This document shows positions 27,302 to 32,000 of a stretch of 32,000 nt of DNA, one piece after another. The DNA lies in NCBI RefSeq assembly GCF_000016745.1, contig NC_009483.1, positions 2,490,001 through 2,522,000 of the forward strand, given 5' to 3'. The stretch's first letter is position 1. Each line of letters opens with the position of its first letter. The notes under the pieces are model-generated. The model searched no databases and was not told the origin of the DNA. It was given only the letters and a program-made list of their open reading frames with translations. Source of the stretch: Geotalea uraniireducens Rf4. Its GTDB lineage: Bacteria > Desulfobacterota > Desulfuromonadia > Geobacterales > Geobacteraceae. The position numbers and the translations under genes were made by a program.

Positions 27302-28621
27302 CTATCTCTTCTTGACAGGTTCAATCAATATACCGTCTATTTCCAAATCAATTTTCAAGCGTTTGGTTGCATCTTTGGCCTCACTGATATCATTGAAAGG
27401 GCCAGCGATAACACGGTAGCTATTGCTCTTTGATAACACCATTGCCGGGATTTGTGGACCCTGGTGGTTGATAATGGTGGCAATCCTCAGAGCTTCAATC
27501 TCGTCACGCACATCAGCAGCCAAAACATACCACGCCTCCATTTTCAGTTCTGGTATTTCCGGTCTGCCATACAATTTGTCTGGGTGCTCGACTTCTATGG
27601 TTCTCGAAGCCTCTTTTTCACTTCCTTGACTCATCTCGAAGATGGGAACAGGAATCCCTCGGGCCTCGGCCTGCACTTCCTTAACTTTTCTCCAGTCAAG
27701 CGTGCGCGCCGATTTCTTTTCAATATTTCTCAATTTTGCGTATGTCTTCTCTAGCTCAATAGCGCCCGAGTCTTCCAGAGGCGTATGAGCTTCCATGTAA
27801 AGTACTCCATTACGTTGACCTATGAGATATGGCTGGTTAACAATGACTACAGGGGTATTAACTGGAGTGTCATCGTAGAGCATCTTCACGTTTTCTGGAT
27901 ATAGTCTCAAGCAGCCATTGGTTGCTTTAAGACCAATGCTGGCAGGTTTATTAGTACCATGGATCAAATAACCCGATTTGCTTAAATAGAGCGCGCATTC
28001 TCCCAAGGGATTTTGAGGTCCCGGCGGAACTTCTGCGGGCAGAGGATCGCCTTTTTTTCTATGATCCTCAGAAATTGAAGCAGGCACATGCCAGGTCGGC
28101 CGGGTTGCCTTGCGCTCCACATGCATTTGACCTGTGGGCGTGGGTCGCTCCTTGGTTCCGACACCGACCGGGTAGGTCGACACCACCAGTGACTTACTAT
28201 CCCCTTTAAATTGAAAGAGCCTCATGGTGGCTAAGTTGACCACAATGCCTTTTCTGGGAGCGTCCGGCAGGATAAAACTCAGAGGCAACATGATACGCTC
28301 TCCGGCCTCAGGCACCCATACATCTACCCCTGGATTAGCTGCACTGATTGCAATGATCCCCAGACTGAAGTGTCTTGCAATATCCGGTAGCGTATCCCCC
28401 TTTTCAAGCCTGATGACTGCCAACCGACCAATGACGTCATCTCCTCTTGCAACCGAAAACTCATTTCGTTCGATCTCCTTTTCAGGATGGCTTGGAAAAA
28501 GCCAGGATTTCTCCTGAACACTGTTCATAACAGCACATCCATTGAGAGATAAGATGAATGTACATAGAGCTATAAGACGAAGCCAATTGGATAAGAGTGA
28601 CAGGTCAACGATTCGGCACAT
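27302..28621 (-). CDS. L,D-transpeptidase of the ErfK/YbiS/YcfS/YnhG type: lipoprotein signal, LysM-like, YkuD catalytic and C-terminal SPOR domains
   Basis: 439 aa. Signal/lipobox LIALCTFILSLNGC. LysM-like LEKGDTLPDIARHFSLGIIAISAANPGV. FILPDAPRKGIVVNLATMRLFQF...PTPTG...RPTWHVPASI...NPLGECALYL...YLIHGTNKPASIGLKATNGCLRL carries the catalytic His and Cys. SPOR-like AWYVLAADVRDEIEALRIA...YRVIAGPFNDISEAKDATKRL. Confidence 0.87.
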   Translation of the reverse strand: MCRIVDLSLLSNWLRLIALCTFILSLNGCAVMNSVQEKSWLFPSHPEKEIERNEFSVARGDDVIGRLAVIRLEKGDTLPDIARHFSLGIIAISAANPGVDVWVPEAGERIMLPLSFILPDAPRKGIVVNLATMRLFQFKGDSKSLVVSTYPVGVGTKERPTPTGQMHVERKATRPTWHVPASISEDHRKKGDPLPAEVPPGPQNPLGECALYLSKSGYLIHGTNKPASIGLKATNGCLRLYPENVKMLYDDTPVNTPVVIVNQPYLIGQRNGVLYMEAHTPLEDSGAIELEKTYAKLRNIEKKSARTLDWRKVKEVQAEARGIPVPIFEMSQGSEKEASRTIEVEHPDKLYGRPEIPELKMEAWYVLAADVRDEIEALRIATIINHQGPQIPAMVLSKSNSYRVIAGPFNDISEAKDATKRLKIDLEIDGILIEPVKKR

Positions 28622-28786
28622 GGGTTAAATAAGCTACCTTTCTCAAAAATGAAAATTAATATAAATAAAAGAAATAAAAGAAGAAATAAAAGAGTCAGCC
28701 CTTGACACGGGACAAATGGCCCCCCCTCAGCTCTATGCGTCTTTAAAAGCGCAGCTCTTGCTGACTCGACCTCCTTTTTATGTTTT

Positions 28787-28900
28787 GACAACAAAAAAGC
28801 CGGGACCGAATATCGTGTGATATTTCGGCAACCCGGCTGTCTCAGTGAGACCCTGTAGGCTTTCCGCCCCACCCTCGCGGATGGTTGAGTATTATCGTTT
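28787..28900 (-). promoter_or_regulatory. GEMM-I-like cyclic-dinucleotide riboswitch unit 1 (aptamer about 28822-28900, terminator 28787-28837)
   Basis: Minus strand: AAUACUCAACC-AUCC-GCGA-GGGU-GGGGCGGAAAGCCUACAGGGUCUCACUGAGACAGCCGGGUUGCCGAAAUAUC-ACAC-GAUAUUCGGUCCCGGC-UUUUUUGUUGU. It resembles the c-di-GMP-I aptamer core (GNRA hairpin, ACGCAAAGCC-like junction, AGCNGGGUURCCGA 3' segment). The terminator 5' arm is the aptamer 3' segment. Confidence 0.6.
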
Positions 28901-28971
28901 ATCACTAACCGTCATAATACGGTGCCCTTTAAAGGCGCACCTCTTGCTGACTCGACCTCCTTTTATGTTTT

Positions 28972-29085
28972 GACAACAAAAAAGCCGGGACCGAATATCG
29001 TGTGATATTTCGGCAACCCGGCTGTCTCAGTAAGACCCGTAGGCTTTCCGCCCCATTCTTGCGAATGGTTAAGTATTATCGTCTA
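28972..29085 (-). promoter_or_regulatory. GEMM-I-like cyclic-dinucleotide riboswitch unit 2 (aptamer about 29007-29085, terminator 28972-29022)
   Basis: Paralogous copy: AAUACUUAACC-AUUC-GCAA-GAAU-GGGGCGGAAAGCCUACGGGUCUUACUGAGACAGCCGGGUUGCCGAAAUAUC... with an identical terminator. Stem differences from unit 1 all preserve pairing. Confidence 0.6.
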
Positions 29086-29105
29086 TCTCTCAAACATTTT
29101 TTTGC

Positions 29106-29133
29106 ATCTTACATTTCTATAAAGATTTGTCAA
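29106..29133 (-). promoter_or_regulatory. candidate promoter for the riboswitch leader
   Basis: Minus strand TTGACA (29133-29128), 16-nt spacer, TAAGAT (29111-29106), about 25 nt upstream of aptamer 2. Pattern only. Confidence 0.3.
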
Positions 29134-29200
29134 CATTTTTCTAAAGTCCAGTTGAGGGACCAACGGATTCGGGGGAGCTTGCAACCAGGAAAAAGACAAT

Positions 29201-29369
29201 CTAGGAGCCTGTCGGACTTAGGAATGAATCTACTGCGAGAACGGAAAATCGGTCCATATTACCGGAAATTTTCGACAAATAGGTCCACTATTCGCTCTCA
29301 AATTTCCGATAATCTGTCCTCGATTTGCCATTCTCTCGCTACGATTCCCTAAGTCCGACAGACTCCTAG
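29201..29369. mobile_element. MITE-like palindromic element (169 bp) with 22-bp terminal inverted repeats
   Basis: CTAGGAGCCTGTCGGACTTAGG (29201-29222) against CCTAAGTCCGACAGACTCCTAG (29348-29369), 21/22 complementary. There is also an internal inverted repeat (GGTCCATATTACCGGAAATTT against its complement near 29310-29331). No ORF. The terminal CTAG could instead be a 4-bp target duplication. Confidence 0.45.
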
Positions 29370-29638
29370 GGCATGCTTACCTAGGTGGACAAAAAAGCCA
29401 AGTACCTTATCGACATTCTAGGTGAAGGTGGAATTGCAAGCATCGCTGGAAAAAAAGGAACAAAATCCCCCCTCTGCCCCCCCAGGTATAACAAGTAATC
29501 GCGATGATTCTGGAATGTTCATAAGGTAAAGATCGAAGGCGTAAAAGGAGTAAGCTAAATCGTATGAGGGTATTTTGGGGGGATGTAACAAAATTCAACT
29601 TACAGTTTGCTATTGATATCAATAAGTTAATCAAGTTA

Positions 29639-29660
29639 TTCGACCCCGGCCTCCGCACCA
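29639..29660 (+). repeat. distal copy of the tRNA-Leu 3' end (candidate att site / displaced tRNA end)
   Basis: TTCGACCCCGGCCTCCGCACCA equals tRNA-Leu 21808-21830 minus one G. The upstream sequence is not tRNA-like, so this is a fragment and not a second tRNA. Confidence 0.55.
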
Positions 29661-29668
29661 ACAAAATC

Positions 29669-29704
29669 AAGGCCTCATTGTTTTTTCACCATGAGCCTTT
29701 TTGT
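29669..29704 (+). terminator. terminator-like hairpin directly after the tRNA-Leu fragment
   Basis: AAGGCCTCAT-(12-nt loop)-ATGAGCCTT followed by TTTGT, 9 nt after the CCA of the fragment. The geometry is what a native tRNA terminator would have. Confidence 0.4.
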
Positions 29705-29910
29705 CCACTTTTGCCCACCCTACTAATGCCTATGGGCCACCGGCAGGCGCAACCCCACACCCAGGCGTCCGTTCACCGTTCCCCACTTGATGGAAGTGCC
29801 CGAGCAAAGTTCCGATAGTAATTCAAGATGTCAAATATTGAATCCTGTCGATTGAAGCCCATGTGGTCCCCCCGCCCGCAGGGCGAGGAGACCTGTTTGG
29901 GAATGGATGA

Positions 29911-30939
29911 TCAGTAAGCCTGCTTATCCTCCAGCACTTCCTCTACCGTCACTTTGCCGCGGAAAACCCGATAGACCCAGATTTTATAGGCGATGACAAT
30001 CGGCAAAAACATCGCCACCACCAATGTCATGATCTTCAATGTATAGGGACTGGAGGACGAATTGAAGATTGTCAGACTATGTGCAGGATCGAGATTGGAA
30101 GGTATCAGATTCGGGAAAAGGCCAATGACGCCGGTAAAAACGACCATGAGAATCGTTACGCATGAAGAGGCGAATGCACCTAGCAGGTTGCCCTTTGCAG
30201 TAAGGATTCTGATTCCGAGCAGGGCCGCTACAGCCAGGAGCGGTACGATAAGTAAATAAGGAGCGCTGAAGTAATTGTCGTAGAGCCGTGATGCAAATTT
30301 TGTATAGCCAAGGAACGCCACCGCAACCACGAGGAGTGCAGGCCAGAGTTTATCAGCCATGGCATGGGCACGCCGGCTCAGGTCGCCGACGGTCTTGACC
30401 GAAAGGTAAAGAGCACCGTGTATCAGGAAAAGAAGCACAAACAGTATGCCGGTCAACAGTCCATAAGGATTCAGCAGGTAAATGAGCGACCCGTGATACC
30501 CCGTTGCATCCATGGGCAGACCGGCAAAGATGTTACCGAAAGCAACCCCGAAAAGAAGCGCCGGGAGAAAACTGCTGACAACAATGGCAAAATCCCATGA
30601 TCGTTTCCATAGGGCACTATCCTCTTTACCCCTGAATTCAAATGAAACCCCGCGGACAATAAGCGCAAACAACAGCAGCAGCAGAGCCGTGTAGAGATAA
30701 CTGAACATCAGCGCGTAGGTGGTGGGAAATGCTGCAAAGGTGGCGCCGCCTGCTGTTATCAACCAGACCTCGTTGCCGTCCCAGACAGGACCGATCGTAT
30801 TGATGATTACCCGCCGGTCACCATCGTTTTTTCCGAGAAAGATATGAAGCATGCCGGTGCCGAGCACAAAACCGTCTAGCATGAAATAGACTGCCCACAG
30901 TACAGCCCAAAGAACGAACCATAATATCTGTAATTCCAT
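29911..30939 (-). CDS. cydB: cytochrome bd ubiquinol oxidase subunit II
   Basis: Start moved to ATG 30939 (AGGAGGAGGG SD). MELQILWFVLWAVLWAVYFMLDGF is the typical CydB N-terminus. Polytopic throughout. Confidence 0.9.
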   Translation of the reverse strand: MELQILWFVLWAVLWAVYFMLDGFVLGTGMLHIFLGKNDGDRRVIINTIGPVWDGNEVWLITAGGATFAAFPTTYALMFSYLYTALLLLLFALIVRGVSFEFRGKEDSALWKRSWDFAIVVSSFLPALLFGVAFGNIFAGLPMDATGYHGSLIYLLNPYGLLTGILFVLLFLIHGALYLSVKTVGDLSRRAHAMADKLWPALLVVAVAFLGYTKFASRLYDNYFSAPYLLIVPLLAVAALLGIRILTAKGNLLGAFASSCVTILMVVFTGVIGLFPNLIPSNLDPAHSLTIFNSSSSPYTLKIMTLVVAMFLPIVIAYKIWVYRVFRGKVTVEEVLEDKQAY

Positions 30940-30952
30940 AATTTCCCTCCTC

Positions 30953-32000
30953 CTAATTTCTTGTCGGTTTAATGATGGCTGAAAGATCGTCATCCGGCCC
31001 TTTTCGGGCAAGCTTGGTCAGCAGATAGATATCGATGCAGCCGAGTGTGCCGTAAAGGAGGGTAAAGCCGATCAGCGAAACGAGAACCTGGGGAGTACTG
31101 ATGGCTTTGGAAACGGCATCCGAGGTCTTTAGAACGCCGTAGACGATCCAGGGTTGACGCCCCATTTCAGCCACAATCCAGCCGAGTTGATTGGCGATGT
31201 AGGGAAGTGGAAGAGCAAACAACATGATCTTGAGAAACAGCGGATAGTTTTCCAGTTTCCCTTTTCGGGAGAGAAATACCGCGACCAGCGAAAGGACGAA
31301 GAACAGGATGCCGAGACCGACCATGAGCCTGAAGCTGTAGAAAACCGGTGTGACCGGCGGACGTTCCGATTTGGGGAAGTCCTTCAAACCTTTGATTTCC
31401 GCATTTGGCGTATGAAATGCCAGCAAGCTCACCATGTTGGGGATGCAGATACGTTCGAGGGCGTTACATTCCTTAATCTCATCGGGAATAAGCAAAAGGT
31501 TCAACCCTACTCCGCGCTTGGTTTCCCAGACCGACTCCATGGCAGCGAATTTGGCCGGCTGGGTCTTGGCCACCTCCACCGCATGGAAATCGCCGATGAC
31601 CGCCACCAGCAGGGTAGAAACCAGGCCGAAGGTCGCCGCCATCTTGAAGGAAGTTTTAAAAAAATCCGGCTTGTTTTTTTTCAGGAGATGCCACGCGGAT
31701 ACACCCATGACAAAGAACGCCGCCACCGTGTAACCGGAAACAATCTGGTGACCGAACTTCAGAAGGCCGTAGGGGTTTGTCACCATTGCCATGAAATCCA
31801 CCATCTCTGCCCTGCCGTTTCTCAGCACATACCCCACCGGATGCTGCATCCAACCGTTGGCCAACAGTATCCAGAGACCGGATAGATTTGTTGCGATGGC
31901 TACCAGCCAGATGGATATGGCGTGCATTTTCTTCGACACCTTGTTCCAGCCGAATATCCAGACGCCGATAAACACGGACTCCAGGAAGAATGCCATGGTC
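30953..32000 (-). CDS. cydA: cytochrome bd ubiquinol oxidase subunit I, C-terminal part (N-terminus beyond the window end)
   Basis: AFFLESVFIGVWIFGW, the Q-loop region, and GWIVAEMGRQPWIVYGVLKT are hallmark CydA segments. The frame is open to the window edge. Confidence 0.9.
   Translation of the reverse strand, partial: TMAFFLESVFIGVWIFGWNKVSKKMHAISIWLVAIATNLSGLWILLANGWMQHPVGYVLRNGRAEMVDFMAMVTNPYGLLKFGHQIVSGYTVAAFFVMGVSAWHLLKKNKPDFFKTSFKMAATFGLVSTLLVAVIGDFHAVEVAKTQPAKFAAMESVWETKRGVGLNLLLIPDEIKECNALERICIPNMVSLLAFHTPNAEIKGLKDFPKSERPPVTPVFYSFRLMVGLGILFFVLSLVAVFLSRKGKLENYPLFLKIMLFALPLPYIANQLGWIVAEMGRQPWIVYGVLKTSDAVSKAISTPQVLVSLIGFTLLYGTLGCIDIYLLTKLARKGPDDDLSAIIKPTRN

Larger units (their letters stand above)
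28742..29090. repeat. tandem direct duplication (two units of about 165 nt, period about 185 nt) carrying the riboswitch units
   Basis: 28742-28906 and 28927-29090 align almost base for base. The terminator segment is 100% identical, and substitutions cluster in the aptamer hairpins. Confidence 0.85.

Noticed and set aside
28742-29090. Possibility that the tandem repeat is a CRISPR array or a minisatellite
   Set aside because: There are only two copies with a unit of about 165-185 nt. There is no short repeat/spacer alternation and no cas genes. The unit has the internal architecture of an aptamer plus terminator.
28570-29352. ORFs 28570..28905 (-, 111 aa) and 29002..29352 (+, 116 aa)
   Set aside because: They run straight through the riboswitch aptamers, terminators and the MITE-like palindrome. 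They have no SD. The sequence conservation pattern between the two repeat units fits RNA pairing and not codons.
29455-29490. Homopolymeric C6 and C7 runs (and the C7/G7 run at 28719-28725) as phase-variation switches
   Set aside because: They are in non-coding DNA and are not positioned between recognisable -35/-10 hexamers or within an ORF. The tracts are short. There is no evidence of length variation from a single sequence.
29564-29818. Plus-strand ORF of 84 aa with an upstream AAAAGGAG
   Set aside because: It reads through the tRNA-Leu fragment and the following terminator hairpin. The SD spacing is poor (14 nt), and the protein sequence is low-complexity.
29865-29893. GC-rich hairpin 18 nt downstream of cydB as an intrinsic terminator
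   Set aside because: The stem is imperfect (the core is CGCCC-GCA-GGGCG). No U-tract follows on the minus strand (ACAUGGGCUUC). It may be a stabilising or Rho-dependent feature, but this cannot be supported from sequence.

Overview
This 32 kb chromosomal window looks like an anaerobic Desulfuromonadales/Geobacter-like bacterium. That assignment is inferred from gene content only. All family calls come from reading motifs by eye; no searches were run.

About 1-21.2 kb and 29.9-32 kb are ordinary core genome:
- an aromatic 2-oxoacid module (iorAB, paaK, an ACT-domain protein, and a binding-protein fragment)
- a small monoheme cytochrome c
- ppx plus a Na/Pi-PhoU transporter
- an OmpA-family envelope operon
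- ihfB, two TPR proteins and rlmD
- infA, efp-epmA and a convergent epmB
- pyrK-pyrD, rimI and purM-purN
- cydAB at the right edge

The accessory part is about 21.5-29.9 kb. It starts with divergent tRNA-Ala(GGC) and tRNA-Leu(CAA) genes. A complete group II intron (RT/maturase, domains V and VI) sits exactly after the tRNA-Leu terminator hairpin. Next come decayed small ORFs and an IS256-family element with an 8-bp target duplication.

Beyond these lies a minus-strand envelope cluster. It consists of a YafK/DpaA-like L,D-transpeptidase-fold protein, a Braun-lipoprotein-like coiled-coil lipoprotein ending in Lys, and an ErfK/YbiS/YcfS-type L,D-transpeptidase with a SPOR domain. This cluster is preceded by two tandem GEMM-I-like cyclic-dinucleotide riboswitch units, each with its own terminator.

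Further along are a 169-bp palindromic MITE-like element and a 22-nt copy of the tRNA-Leu 3' end at 29639-29660. That copy suggests the whole 7.8 kb is an integrase-less tRNA-associated island.

The most interesting hypothesis is second-messenger riboswitch control of an Lpp-like system tethering the outer membrane to peptidoglycan.
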